DNA of 64,000 nt, from assembly GCA_022813865.1 (NCBI GenBank), contig JALDZX010000026.1, forward strand, positions 248,001 through 312,000, written 5' to 3'. Under the pieces are notes generated by a model. That model searched no databases and had not been told where the DNA came from. It saw only the letters and a program-made list of their open reading frames with translations. Below are positions 52,566 to 64,000 of this stretch, one piece after another. This DNA comes from Xylographa opegraphella (Eukaryota). The position numbers and the translations under genes are program-made. Each line of letters starts with the position of its first letter. The stretch's first letter is position 1.

Positions 52566-53924
52566 ATGCCTCAAATCAACCCGTACAAGATCGCCATCCC
52601 CCAGGAGAAGGTTAATCGGTGGAAGCAGAAGCTGGCATTGGCCGACTTCCCCACCGAGCTCGAGGGAGCGGACTGGGAGTATGGCACTCCTCTGGCAGAG
52701 GTGAAACGCTTGACCGAGTATTGGCACAAGAGTTTCGACTGGAAAGCAGCTGAGGCCAAGTTGAATGAACTGCCTCACTTCTCCACGGATATCAGTGTCG
52801 ACAATTTCGAGACACTGAATATCCATTTCGTCCATCAACAGAGTGAGGTGAAGGGTGCTATCCCGCTTCTGTTCGCACACGGATGGCCTGGGAGCTTCCA
52901 CGAGGTTGCGAAGATCTTGCCGCAGCTGGTGCAAGGAACGAGCGGCTTTCCAGCATTTCATGTTGTGGCTCCCAGTCTTCCGAGCTTCGGGTTCTCAGAA
53001 GGAACCAAAAAGGTGAGAAGGGCTATATAAATTGGTTGTGCGCTCATACTCTGTGGCACGTCGAACTACACTGATGCCATCGTCACTGACCGCTTTGTAG
53101 AGAGGATTTACAACACGTCAACATTCCGAAGTATGCCACAGGCTTATGTTAGCCCTAGGCTATGACGAATATGGTATGTACATCCTGCTCTTTGCACTCC
53201 ACACCTAATTAACCATATCTGTCGCATAGTAACTCAAGGTGGCGACATTGGATGGGGTGTCACACGCGGTCTGGCCTACCTCTACCCCGAGTCCTGCAAA
53301 GCCACTCATACGAATTTTCCCCTTCCCAATGCGCCAACGATCACGCAACATCCTGCACTTTACTATGAAAACCTAAAGGGTACTCTCTCGGAGATGGAGA
53401 AAAGCGGTAAGGCCCGTACCGAATGGTTCTTAGATGATGGCTTCGGTTATAACGTCGAACAATCCACCAAACCACAGACGATCGGCTACTCGATGACCGA
53501 CAGTCCTGTTGGTCTCCTTGCGTGGATTCTAGAGAAACTGCACGACTGGACCGACAGCTATCCTTGGACGGATGATGAAATCCTTACGTGGATCAGCATA
53601 TATGCCTTTTCGACCGCAGGCCCGGCTGCTGCGCAGCGTATCTACTACGAGTCAAAGCACGATAAAGATAAGTTTGGGGAGAAGGTCTCTGGGTATATCC
53701 CGGACGTCAAGCTCGGGATAGCGAGGTTCCCAAAGGAGATAGTGCAGCGTCCCAAGCTATGGAATCAGACGCTAGGGCCAGTCGTTTTCGAGAGCGAGTA
53801 CACCAACGGTGGGCATTTTGCCGCTTGGGAGAGGCCAGATGCTATTGTGCAAGATCTGAGGACGATGTTTGGGAGGGAAGGGGGTGCATACGGGGTCGTG
53901 AAGGGGAAGACAGGGTTTGACTAA
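52566..53924 (+). CDS. Microsomal-type epoxide hydrolase (EHN + alpha/beta hydrolase)
   Basis: YWHKSFDWKAAEAKLN, HGWPGSF, nucleophile TQGGDIG, catalytic GGHFAAWERP; introns 53013-53100 and 53174-53229. Confidence 0.93.
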
Positions 53925-54173
53925 AGCATTTTCTCTTTGGAAATACAGAATAATACAATTTTCAATGACGTTGCTCTCCATCACATGTCAAGCGGTGCAT
54001 AAACAAAATGCCATTATTGTTCTCCCAAGGACTTCACAATAAAAGGCCATTTGTGCTGCAGCCCTACAGCCCTAGCGCAAGGCGCTGAAAGTACACGCTC
54101 TCTCCACCAGGCCATCTACACAACGAAAAGATCCTCCATTAATGCCCCATCTCCACCATCCCCAACAGCCATA

Positions 54174-54834
54174 ATGGTGCTGGGCTTCTTCGGCTTCGGC
54201 GGCCTCGTCTACGGTACCACACCCCCTCCACCGCCAGACTCCACACATCCGGCCCCGCTAACGCAGCAAACCGCAGTCTCCATCCTCCTCACCAACGCCA
54301 TCGCCATCCTGTCCGAAGACCGCTTCCTCGCCCGGAGTACGTCCTCCCCTCACTCTCTATGCCTCCCTTCTCTCCCCAACTACCTACGACTCATCTCCGC
54401 ATCACCCTTCCCAGCGCTCTTCCCACCTCCGCCTCCCTCTCCCCTTACCGCGCCCCCCCCCAACCCCTTCCGGCCCAACTCCAAAAATTCCTCACTCCCC
54501 AACCACCTACAAGCTAACGCCCCCTCCCCACCACCCAGTTGGCTGGGGCTCCACGCCACAATCGCCCTCCTTCGGCGGCGCCATCGACAACACGAGCGTG
54601 AAAGCGCGGATCGTCAACCTGATCGCCAGCGTGCGGACCCTGATGCGGAGTACGTAGACTCCCCTCTTCCCCTCCCTCCACCCGTCTCCATTTGCCGTAT
54701 ACGACTGCACCTTTCGCTGAGCTTCCGCTCTCCTGCTCCGTATGGCATGGACGGCGCCAGAAGCTGATCTGCGTCCAGTACCGCTCATCGCTATCAATAC
54801 CACCGTTATCGTTTATGAGTTGATTCTTGGCTAG
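54174..54834 (+). CDS. YOS1: Yos1/IER3IP1 ER-Golgi transport membrane protein
   Basis: Introns 54214-54276, 54337-54538, 54650-54778 give LLTNAIAILSEDRFLARIGW...KARIVNLIASVRTLMRIPLIAINTTVIVYELILG*. Confidence 0.92.
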
Positions 54835-55526
54835 CTTGGGGACAGGGACTCGGTGCCGCGGGATGGGGGAGGCGTGGACGTGTGTGCGGGAATCGGGAGT
54901 TGTCCGCTTTGGCAAGACCGGAGACTGCCTCGCGGGACGGTGGGGGAGGGGAAGGTAGGACTGTGTCTGTGCGGGGAGGAGCAGAATCATACACGCTCGC
55001 GTGAGCATGGCGGTAAGCGCCTTGATGGGAGCAGGCGCTGGCACGGGTGCTGAGAACAAGGAGGACATATGGACGCGGTTCTACATGCGACGGGTCCATC
55101 AGCGTCGTTAAAGAACGCGCAGCATGGCGTCAGGCGTTGAGTAACTAGACACTCATCCCATGGCGATCGAGCAAGAACCTTGAGTCTCCGAATTCTGCAC
55201 CCCAACACAATCTTCTACTTACCAACTCCATCCTCTCTCCTCGACCACACATTACAAAATCTACAAGACCCATGCACAAAGGACCAACGAGATCGAGAAA
55301 TGTTTTGTACATAAGCAGCACTAATCCCCTCCCCGCCTCACCACATACCGAAGCCCCTTCCCTCTCTTCGAAAAGCGAAGACGCCTCCGAAAAACAAAGG
55401 CATGGTATATATCTCGACGCATGCATGCCCGACGAAGAATGAAGAAGAAGAAAAATTACTGCCCTAGTCCAACAGCGTATCATGTGTTCCCGGTATGCTC
55501 GCTGTACATAATGATACACGCCCCCC

Positions 55527-58079
55527 TCACGACAACAAGGCACTGGTCTTCTTTCGTAGCCCACTGAAGCGGTTCTTGCGCTCCGCCTTCTCCGGCGTGG
55601 ACCCCTCCGCCTCCCCGTCCTCCACAGCCGAGCCCTCCTCCTTGGCCTTATCGTCTTTACCGCCCCAGAACTTCGAGATCGGCCGTTTGCTGATGCTCTT
55701 GCTCGTCTGCCGGAAGCGGCTCAGCGTCCCCGTACTGAGGGCAGGCGCCGGCGCCGAGGGCGAAGTCACTGCTGGCGCAGGCGTCGACGGTCCCGGGGCT
55801 CCATTCTCCGTTGTCCCCATCACCGGACCTGGGGTTTCACTGCTGCCGCTAGCACCCATGCGTTTGTCCTCGGCGGCCTTGGAGGCTTTGCTGGCCTCGA
55901 TGGCGGCTTTGATATCGGCAGCCTGCTGCTTCTCGAACTCCTTGCGCTTGATCTCGAGATTCTTTTGGCGGGCCTTCTCGGCTTTCTCACGCTCCTTCTC
56001 TTGGTTCTTGGCGCGCACTTCGGCGGCCTTGCGCTCCTTTTCTTCTTTGGCACGCTCTTTCTTGGAAAGAGGGGCATCGGGCTTTTTGGGTGTGAGTTCG
56101 GGTGCTGGGATGTTGGGAGCGGAGGCGATAGGGGCGATAGCTGGGGCTGGGACGGTGGAGGTGGAGGTGGTCTGTGTTGGAGAGAGGGGAGGAAGCGTGG
56201 CAGAGCGGTCGAGGGTCGTCCAGTGATCTGGCTCCGTAGCGACGGGGCTGCTAGGTGAGAAGGCGCTATGAGAAACGTGTGGGGTACCATTCACGGGAGT
56301 GCCGTTTGCTTTAGTAGACAGAATTGGGGTTTCTTTTGTGCTGGGTATGGGAATGGCTTCGGCTGCTGCAGCGAGACCTTCAGCTTCTTGTTCCTTCTTG
56401 ACAGCTTCAAGCGTCGTTTCTTGATAGAAGAGGACATAGGCGCACGCGAGGCCTGGTCGCTCGCCGAAGAAGTTGCGTACGTAACTCTTATCAACAGGCT
56501 CAACCATCTCGTCGTCGAAGAGGAGCCAGCCACGATCCTGTGTTTTAACAATAGAAACATAATGGCCGTGATATGGGCCGCCTCCGATGTGGACCACAAC
56601 TGCATAGAGCTCATAAAGACGGTCGGGGTCTTCCGCATCGTCTGTGGTATTAAAAAGCCGGAGGTGATAGGGGTAAACAACTCGATGGAAGAGCTTCTGC
56701 AGCCGCTGGAGATCTTCAGTGTACTTGAACCTCTTGAGGTGCAGTGCCAGGATCTTAGGCAGCCGCTTGATCTTCATTCGCTTTTCGGCCTCCTGAAGTC
56801 CTCCACATCGGTCGCAGTGGAACTTGTTTCTTTCACACAGCATCTCTTCTTCGGAGAATTTCCGCAAGCACGACGTCACGGAAGAATGCTGGTCTAAATC
56901 GACCGAGAGATCTAAGAACGCCTCATCTCGCTGTGAAACATTTTCACATGTCAAACATTTCGTTTCGGATGTCAACGTGCCTTCGAAAAGCTCATGCACC
57001 CATCCAGTATTACTTGGTGATCTCGTTCCTGTCGTATTCGGCATAGCAGCAGCAAGCGCTTTTTCGAAACCCCCATGTTCCGCCGACCCATTCATCTCTT
57101 TGCTTGCCTCAAGCTTCCTTGAGTTCGTTTCTACATTTGCAACGACCTCATTAAGTAGGAGATTTAGAAATTCGTGCGCGTCTTGATGCATTGATGTCCG
57201 AAACATTTCATTCTCCTTCCGCAAGACCTCTAGAAATTTTGCTGGGCTCACAACGCCGGTCCGAGACGAATTAGCAATTATAGCTTCAAAGATATCTTTC
57301 AAAGAAGTAAACAAAGACTCCGTCATTCCGTAACTCGCAGCATTATCGTAATTCATGGGTAATATAGGGCCGGTCAACATTGCCTGCTTCTTCTTGTATT
57401 CTGGAGAATCCTTATCTTCCGGCTTCTGTGGGTTCGCAGGTACTCCGACATTCTTCGCTGATAACGGACCCGCTGGTGTTTTCGGTTTGGTGGGTGAAAG
57501 TGCACCTTGACCGTTCGACGAAACAGATGTGTTTAGACGCGGTAAGCCTGCGGGTGTTGTATTGATGCTGTCAAGAGGCGATCGTTTGGGATAATTTATA
57601 ACTTGATCCCGGAACGGTACAGAGTAATAAAGACATTGTAATATGGAGTTGCAGTAACTGGAAGTAGTGTTAGCAGCGACGGTGACGATGTACACGATCT
57701 TCTGCGTACCATGTGTTTCCGAACTTTCACGAGCAACTATGTAAGCATATGAACGATAGGGGTATGCGTCCCAGGAGTACGCACATTCTCCATTCCAAAA
57801 AACTTGTCGCTCCCGTCATTTCGCAGAGGGCCTGCTTCCTGCAGAAGCTTCTCCAATGGCGTCGGTTGAGGTTGGTTGGGATCCTTTTTAGCAGGAGAGG
57901 ACGAGGTAGTAGGATTGGAAGAGTTCTAATGATTGTATTGTATCAGCGAAGTTATCTGGCAGCCCACGATAACCTAACAGCGCTGGAAACCTCGGTGCCA
58001 CAGAGACCATGAAGATTCAGAGAAGCAAAATGTCAGTACTCACAGCGTTCGATCGAATTTTGGCAAGAAAAGACGACAT
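55527..58079 (-). CDS. creB: Ubiquitin-specific protease, CreB/Ubp9-13 (USP12/46) type
   Basis: Cys box [19 protein letters not shown] assembled through a 14-nt microexon (57710-57723); HQDAHEFL, His box [14 protein letters not shown]; long charged C-terminal tail. Confidence 0.9.
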
Positions 58080-58987
58080 GACGCTCCACGAAACGGTTAA
58101 CTGCGTCGAAGGCCCTCAGGCCGCACCAGTTGTGTACTCTCTGAAAGCGTGACTGCAGTGAGGAAATCTCCCTTATGCTCTGAAGAACAGACTCTCAGGC
58201 GCAGGACAAAGTATCAAACGATGACAGGGCGTTCGGGAGGCCTCCAGTCTTGTTCTGGGATGAGGTTATGGTGTAACAGCGTTTGCGGCGTACGGGCGGC
58301 CTGTATGGCGGGGATCGTCTGAGGGGAGCGGGAGCGGAGAAAAGTTGAAGATGACCGTCGACGCCTCTGCTAGCTGGAGCCTGGAGACTGCTCAGAACCC
58401 AGCCAAAGAATGTACGGAGGAATTAATGTTGAATGGCGAATGGGACGAGGTAATTTGGCGAGCAATTGCCCACGATGCAGGTCCAGATGTCCATGTCCAG
58501 CGAATGGCAGCAGATGGCCGCTCTTTTGGCATCGGGACTATTTGCTGGGGCCGTGTGGGACGATTGGGCCCGCTCTATGCGCTTGACATGAACTTGACTG
58601 GGGCGGCAGCGATACTACCCTCGAACAGGATGGTGTCAAGCCTGGGGAGTCCAGGGGAGTTCTTAGTGGAGAATTCGAAGGTGTAAACGTAAGTTGAGAC
58701 TCGAGAGTACTGCAAACGACGACTGTTCTCCCCACAGTTCCCCACAATACCAAAAACTGTACCATAACTTACGTTGTGGAGACACTTCCGTTCCGAAGCG
58801 ATCCTCGTCTCGTGCAGTCATCTTCCTTACGGAGGTACAGGTTTTGGTGTCTTTAGGGCCACTTTGTTCCGTTTCTCAAGGAGAAGGCGTGGGAGAGGCG
58901 TCCCCGGAAGTGCATTGTACCAAACTATCGGGTGGATAAATGCTTCTCCCCCAGGGCTAAATCAATCTTGAGGGGGTTCTCACCGAG

Positions 58988-59060
58988 GAACTACTTCAAT
59001 GATCTAGTCGTCTACCCACTATCCACAGAACTACTTCAATGGCCTAGTCGTCTACCACTC
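58988..59060. repeat. Imperfect 40-bp-period tandem duplication (two copies)
   Basis: GAACTACTTCAATGATCTAGTCGTCTACCCACT at 58988 and GAACTACTTCAATGGCCTAGTCGTCTACCACT at 59028. Confidence 0.85.
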
Positions 59061-59341
59061 TCTGAACCGCTAGTCAGGAGATTTAGCTCGGAGCTTGCAA
59101 TTGATACGGTTGCTCATTCCGATCTATCAGGGACTGGTTCTATAGCCCAGCTTTATTACTCAAGTCTTTACTGCAAGCTCGGCCTGCTTCTCAAAAATCT
59201 ACAAGACCGACCATCTATCTACATATACCAGATCTTGAGAAATGTACACGATGTATCTCGTCAGTGGCCAAATGTAGTTCCGTGGAAGGCTTACCTCCCG
59301 GAAGGTGGCCACATGATGCTCCACTCCTCTCGGGATATAAT

Positions 59342-62300
59342 TCATATCCCATTTTCCGAACCAGAATTATCAGCGTAGCCCGACATCCTTTTCGCTTTCC
59401 GGTCGACTCCGCCGAACACGCCAAGCGCCTTCCACATCTCCTTTTCCTCGTCATGCGACAGAATCCCCGGATGTTCCTGCACGTATTCTCGTCGAATACT
59501 CATCGCTTCTGCGTCCCACTCGGCCAGGCGATCTTGAAATGTCGTCGCGCTTTCATGGTTGACCGCACGGTTGCTCACCGTCTGTTCGAGGTACGGTTGT
59601 TTCACGTCCGGCCCCGCCTCTCGCCACATCTGTCCCAGTACGCTGCGAATCTCGTTGCGCGAGGCCTTCGCAAGAGGTGTTCCTAAGGCGGCGCGGCGAG
59701 CCTTGTCGCATTCAGCCTTGCAATCGGCCCACTTATCTTTCGAGAACAACAAGAAGGGATTTGCGCCCGCCCTACCAGGTCTAGCAGGACGAGGCCCGAG
59801 TTTTGCAAATATGGCCTTCAGGATTTCCGTTTCAAAAGCCTCGAGACGATCCTGTCTTGTTGCTGGTGTTTCCCCTGCGATCAAAGACGTAGAAGGGTCC
59901 AAGGGCGCTGAAGACATACTTTTAGGTGGAGAGTTGAAACTTTTTTCCGTCTTGTTAACGATAGCTGCGGGAACCAGCGGTGTCGGTATGACGATCGGCC
60001 CTAACAAATCATCAATCACCTCCGATGCTGCCCTCAGTCCTGAAATGTAGGCCCCATGCACAGTAGCGGGATGCGTGCCACAAGTTGCTTCACCAGCAAA
60101 GTGGAGATTGCCGACAGGTTTCGCCATAGCATCGTAGTCACCAGAGTGAGCTTTGACACCAACATAAGAATAGGTTCCACGAGCAAATCGGTCTTGGCCC
60201 CACCGAGTGACGATGGTCTCAGTCGGCTTGGGAACGGTTATCTGCTTGAACATTGTGGCCAATTGTTGTGTTACTTCACAAACAATCTGGTTGTCAGAAA
60301 GTCCTTCGGCATGATGGGCTGCATCTCCAGCCATAAGCCCAATTAGTACTGGGCGGCCACTTGTCTTGATGCAGTTCCAGAACAGGTAGAATCGACCCCT
60401 ATTCTGAGTGTAGTCTTTTTGATCCAGACTATTCTTGAAACTCGCATCTGTCAACAAGCCAATCATATCTTGATCAACGTCCCAAAATGGCTCATCGTAT
60501 ACCAAAACAACCTTGTTGAGAGTGCCAAATCCAAGTCGATCAATTGAATCGAGTTTCCAAGATGGTAGTTCGGGCTTGAATACAATTGAATGATTTTTCA
60601 AGACTCCAAGAGGAGTGGTTAGAACAACATGATGCGCTTCAATAACGTCGCCGTCTTCGCAAATGACCTCAGCTATTGCATTCATGCCTTGCTTGGGATC
60701 GTAAGCTATTCGCGTTACCACTTTTCGTGTTCTTAGATCAAGCTGCGAAGGATATTCCAAGATGCCTCGAGGTACTTGCTGGTAGCCTCCAATAACCTGA
60801 GCGTGTTCGCCTTCGAATTCGTTACCAATGTCTTGATCCCAGCCTCCCAAGCTCAGTTTCCCAACATTCGCAGCATTCGCGTACTCCAAATTTGCAAAAT
60901 GCCAGTTGAGAAGTCGCATGTCCTGAGCCGAAAGGGCTAAAAGAGCTTGGTACTGCCTAACCCCTTCGTCCATAACTGCACCAAGTGTGGGATATTGTGA
61001 GGACGTAACCACTTTGTCCAGGTCAAGATCATGGCGATGTGCTACTTGATCTGGTGTTAAACTCCAACCCATAGCTGCAGCTGCTATTGTAGCTGGCGTT
61101 TTTGTACGTGAGCCCACTACCAAGTGTGCTTTCCCGGTCAACTTATCAAGACCACCAGGCACTTGTTCAAATGGAGCATTGTTTTCCCTTAATGGTCCGT
61201 GCACCGATGATCCAATACCTTTCTCCTTCAGACTAACAATCGGGCCTGGCTCTCCACTAGGATCGCGTCCTTCTTCAATGAGTTCTCGGTTCCCTTCGGC
61301 AGTGGTAGGCATCGTGGTGTGGTGACGGTATACACTTGCTCGATCGAGGATATCGTTGAACAGCTTTTCAATCAGTTTGTCTCTTTGCCTGTCCACAACC
61401 TCTCCATCAATATCGTAGAGAGAAGAATTATCCTTAAGCGGATAATAATGTAAAGCCAGTTGCCCACGAATGATCATATTGAGAGGATTCCCATGATCAA
61501 ACCCGGTTATGATATGTGCACCCATTTCTGCAACGCATCTCGAGTTTTCCGGTATGCCACGCGAATCTTGGTTTCGCAGTGGATGTGAGTATATTCGCCC
61601 ACCTATCCTCGTACGCCCTTCTAGTACAACGACACGCGGAGGTTCTTCGCCAGCTGATACCCATCTCTCACGATAATGCTCAAAAAGCCCTTCCAACTGC
61701 CGTGCACATCCTAGTCCTGCCATACCAGCGCCGACGACAACTATTGTTTTTCGTACTCGTTTCAACTTATGTTTTCTATCTCCGATGTTGGACATGTCAG
61801 GAACTTCCACGCATCCAAAGTTGATATACCCCCTTCGCAGTAGCCATTCGTATGCTACCTCAGCCAGACCAAGCCATCTCGAACTGTAAGCGCAACCGGC
61901 CGCTTCTTCAGGTGTGACACTGACAAGCGGATTGCGGACCCACAACCGAAGGATACGGTTACGTATGTTGATGTATGCGGAGATATGTAGTTCACATATA
62001 TGGTCGCGGAGTAACTTGTACTCATCGTGATGTAGTGCGAATGGATTGAGGCGTGACGATAGAGCGGCCTCGACGCTTTGCCTGGCTAATTCTTCATGGG
62101 GTATATTCGAAGGTATAGAAGTTCGAGGTCGAAGCTCAGAAAAGAGGACTTTGATCATTTTCGTGGACCTTCTTTTTCTTTTGGGCTTGACTAGGTCAAC
62201 TGATGACTGGAGGACTGCTGGAGTAAGCGATTTCGCCGGTGACAGTTGAGAGGAAAGGGAAGACACTGGAGAAGCACTATCATTGGTGTCATGTAGGACT

Positions 62301-62812
62301 GTGTCTTCATCTATCTCAAGCTTAATATCTGGTGGATCCGCAGACGTATTTGAAGACAAGCCCGATGCTTTCGACGGCGTGCTACTTATTCTTTGCGATT
62401 GCGAGTCGTCTGAAGTGTCTAATGTATGGTCATGGCCAGGCTGGTCGCGTGAATGCATTTCGAGGTCTTCGTCACTGAATTGCATCTCATCACTGCCATA
62501 CCATGGATCCATATCAGCCTCAGACATGGGGATTGACGTCTCATCTGGCAACTGCGTGGCGCTCAGCGCTTGACCTGTCACCCGAGATTCTTCTGATTTT
62601 ACAGATTGACTTGCATTGCCGAAAGAGCCGAAATTTGAACTCGAATAAGGATAACCCGTTTGATGATATCCCTGATATTCGTACTTTGCGTGATTTCGAG
62701 ATTTCTGACTTAACATAACTCCTATCCGGCCTTTAAGTTCTTCGATTCGTCTCAACTGCGCTAACCTTGTCTCATCGCTGAAATCGAAATTCCCATATGG
62801 TCGAGTAGCCAT
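59342..62812 (-). CDS. LSD1: Lysine-specific histone demethylase LSD1/Aof2 (SWIRM + amine oxidase + HMG box)
   Basis: 1156-aa ORF; SWIRM YINIRNRILRLW...WLLRRGYINFG, FAD-binding VVGAGMAGL, LHFAGEAT..HPATVHGAYISG, HMG-like NPFLLFSKDKW. Confidence 0.93.
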   Translation of the reverse strand: MATRPYGNFDFSDETRLAQLRRIEELKGRIGVMLSQKSRNHAKYEYQGYHQTGYPYSSSNFGSFGNASQSVKSEESRVTGQALSATQLPDETSIPMSEADMDPWYGSDEMQFSDEDLEMHSRDQPGHDHTLDTSDDSQSQRISSTPSKASGLSSNTSADPPDIKLEIDEDTVLHDTNDSASPVSSLSSQLSPAKSLTPAVLQSSVDLVKPKRKRRSTKMIKVLFSELRPRTSIPSNIPHEELARQSVEAALSSRLNPFALHHDEYKLLRDHICELHISAYINIRNRILRLWVRNPLVSVTPEEAAGCAYSSRWLGLAEVAYEWLLRRGYINFGCVEVPDMSNIGDRKHKLKRVRKTIVVVGAGMAGLGCARQLEGLFEHYRERWVSAGEEPPRVVVLEGRTRIGGRIYSHPLRNQDSRGIPENSRCVAEMGAHIITGFDHGNPLNMIIRGQLALHYYPLKDNSSLYDIDGEVVDRQRDKLIEKLFNDILDRASVYRHHTTMPTTAEGNRELIEEGRDPSGEPGPIVSLKEKGIGSSVHGPLRENNAPFEQVPGGLDKLTGKAHLVVGSRTKTPATIAAAAMGWSLTPDQVAHRHDLDLDKVVTSSQYPTLGAVMDEGVRQYQALLALSAQDMRLLNWHFANLEYANAANVGKLSLGGWDQDIGNEFEGEHAQVIGGYQQVPRGILEYPSQLDLRTRKVVTRIAYDPKQGMNAIAEVICEDGDVIEAHHVVLTTPLGVLKNHSIVFKPELPSWKLDSIDRLGFGTLNKVVLVYDEPFWDVDQDMIGLLTDASFKNSLDQKDYTQNRGRFYLFWNCIKTSGRPVLIGLMAGDAAHHAEGLSDNQIVCEVTQQLATMFKQITVPKPTETIVTRWGQDRFARGTYSYVGVKAHSGDYDAMAKPVGNLHFAGEATCGTHPATVHGAYISGLRAASEVIDDLLGPIVIPTPLVPAAIVNKTEKSFNSPPKSMSSAPLDPSTSLIAGETPATRQDRLEAFETEILKAIFAKLGPRPARPGRAGANPFLLFSKDKWADCKAECDKARRAALGTPLAKASRNEIRSVLGQMWREAGPDVKQPYLEQTVSNRAVNHESATTFQDRLAEWDAEAMSIRREYVQEHPGILSHDEEKEMWKALGVFGGVDRKAKRMSGYADNSGSENGI

Positions 62813-63709
62813 GATGAAGCACTAGGACATATAGCAGGGCAACCGGAACGGCCGATTATTTTGGGTTATTGGGTTATATCGATAACACAATATATGTCCT
62901 GTTTGCTGTCGACTTCATGACACAATTGATTCTTCCTAGAAGCAGTTAGTCCAAGTCTCATTCATTTCCAATCGCACAATATGTATATAGATTTAATGAG
63001 GTAAGACATACTAGCCGTGGGGATGGGTTTCGTATATGTCAAGTTCATTATAACCATTTATTTGTGAAGATCCACATGAATCAGAGAATGTGTATAGCAG
63101 GAAAAGCAATCGTACGAGAGACTCGATATGTTGTGCTCGACTTTGTGCATGGTCGATGCAGCAGATGGCAATTGCCCTTGAATGGAGTTTGGAGCCCCTC
63201 GGCTAAGCCGCTTGTGGGTGGCTCCGAACATGGACGTCCAACGTCCTCACCGACGTCTCGAGAGCATCACCTGTGATGTGTCAAAGTCGTCGGATATCGC
63301 TTCAAGCTACTTGGAGCTGTGATTGGCTTTGCCAGCAACGCCGAAATCATGAGACGTCGTCGAGATCAACGAATTGCGATATAGCACTAGCAACTTACGT
63401 TTTCTCGACCTCGATCCACATCCGTCGAAGACAATTGAGTGGTCGAGCCTGCGCTAAATCTGCCTGAAGCAGTATGCTACATCAAAATACAAGCATGCTC
63501 GGACGACGTAAACAAGTCTTCAGATGAATGGTATAAAGTCCGAGAAACTCTGGAGGCTGGGTCAGTTGACCGGAATTCTCCCAAATGATAACTACACAAG
63601 TGCGACTTTTGGTAATGAAAACTTGCTCGCAACAAGATAACGGTTAGGCACAACCTATATACAGCGTATGCTGATGGAGTCACTCGCTTTCATACCTCGC
63701 ACGCATCCT

Positions 63710-64000
63710 TTAGCTCTCGCTTCGCAAGTTATCTCCGGACACCATGTATGCTATGCTAATACTGAAACAGAAATCGCTCAGAAAAACTTTCATCAAGAAC
63801 TCTACTATCGCTTCATTGAATTGATCATCTCTTGATGGGTTGCTTTTTCTCTGTTGGCTTCGGTCAGTGGTGCTATACCTTGGCGCTGTTAGTGCCCTAC
63901 AATGCGACGGAGAAAGGATAGAAAATACTTCTCAGGTCTCCAACAACATCTTTTGCCTTTCCGAAGTACACCTCCTCTGATTGTTGTCAGTTGACCTAGT
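63710..64000 (-). CDS. Possible 3' exons of a gene starting beyond the right edge
   Basis: Two branch/acceptor signals (ACTGAC..CAG near 63977; ACTAAC..AAG near 63880) give a phase-consistent frame EVYFGKAKDVVGDLR|IAPLTEANREKSNPSRDDQFNEAIVEFLMK...SES*; weak donor, no family recognised. Confidence 0.3.

Noticed and set aside
58988..59060. CRISPR-like repeat
   Set aside because: Two copies only, ~7-nt gap, eukaryotic context, no cas genes.

Overview
This is eukaryotic, intron-rich DNA from a filamentous ascomycete (Pezizomycotina; lineage inferred from ~45-90 nt GT-AG introns with CTRAY branch points and from the protein sequences). It is gene-dense and mostly housekeeping. In order: SNU114 (cut by the left edge), CIA2/MIP18, a GT90/CAP10 glycosyltransferase, KRE33/NAT10, an NTR2-family protein, a small secreted protein, an SV2-like MFS transporter, CFT1/CPSF160, an ANCHR/ZFYVE19-like B-box protein, an LMBR1-family transporter, a catalase, a methyltransferase, a decayed SesB-NACHT-ankyrin NLR locus, OSM1-type fumarate reductase with cytochrome b5, a FAS1 protein, SIN3, a GPI-anchored Cys-rich protein, an epoxide hydrolase, YOS1, a CreB-type deubiquitinase and LSD1/Aof2. 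I found no supportable tRNA, rRNA, transposon or CRISPR array. The best leads are: (i) an oversized, apparently structured CFT1 intron with AATAAA, a candidate for autoregulatory intronic polyadenylation; (ii) an NLR whose lipase-like effector domain looks intact while NACHT/ANK have decayed; (iii) a FYVE-less ANCHR-like protein with a perfect MIM1 motif; (iv) recurring C-rich to G-rich skew-switch islands independent of gene orientation. All gene models were spliced and translated by eye, and no database searches were run.
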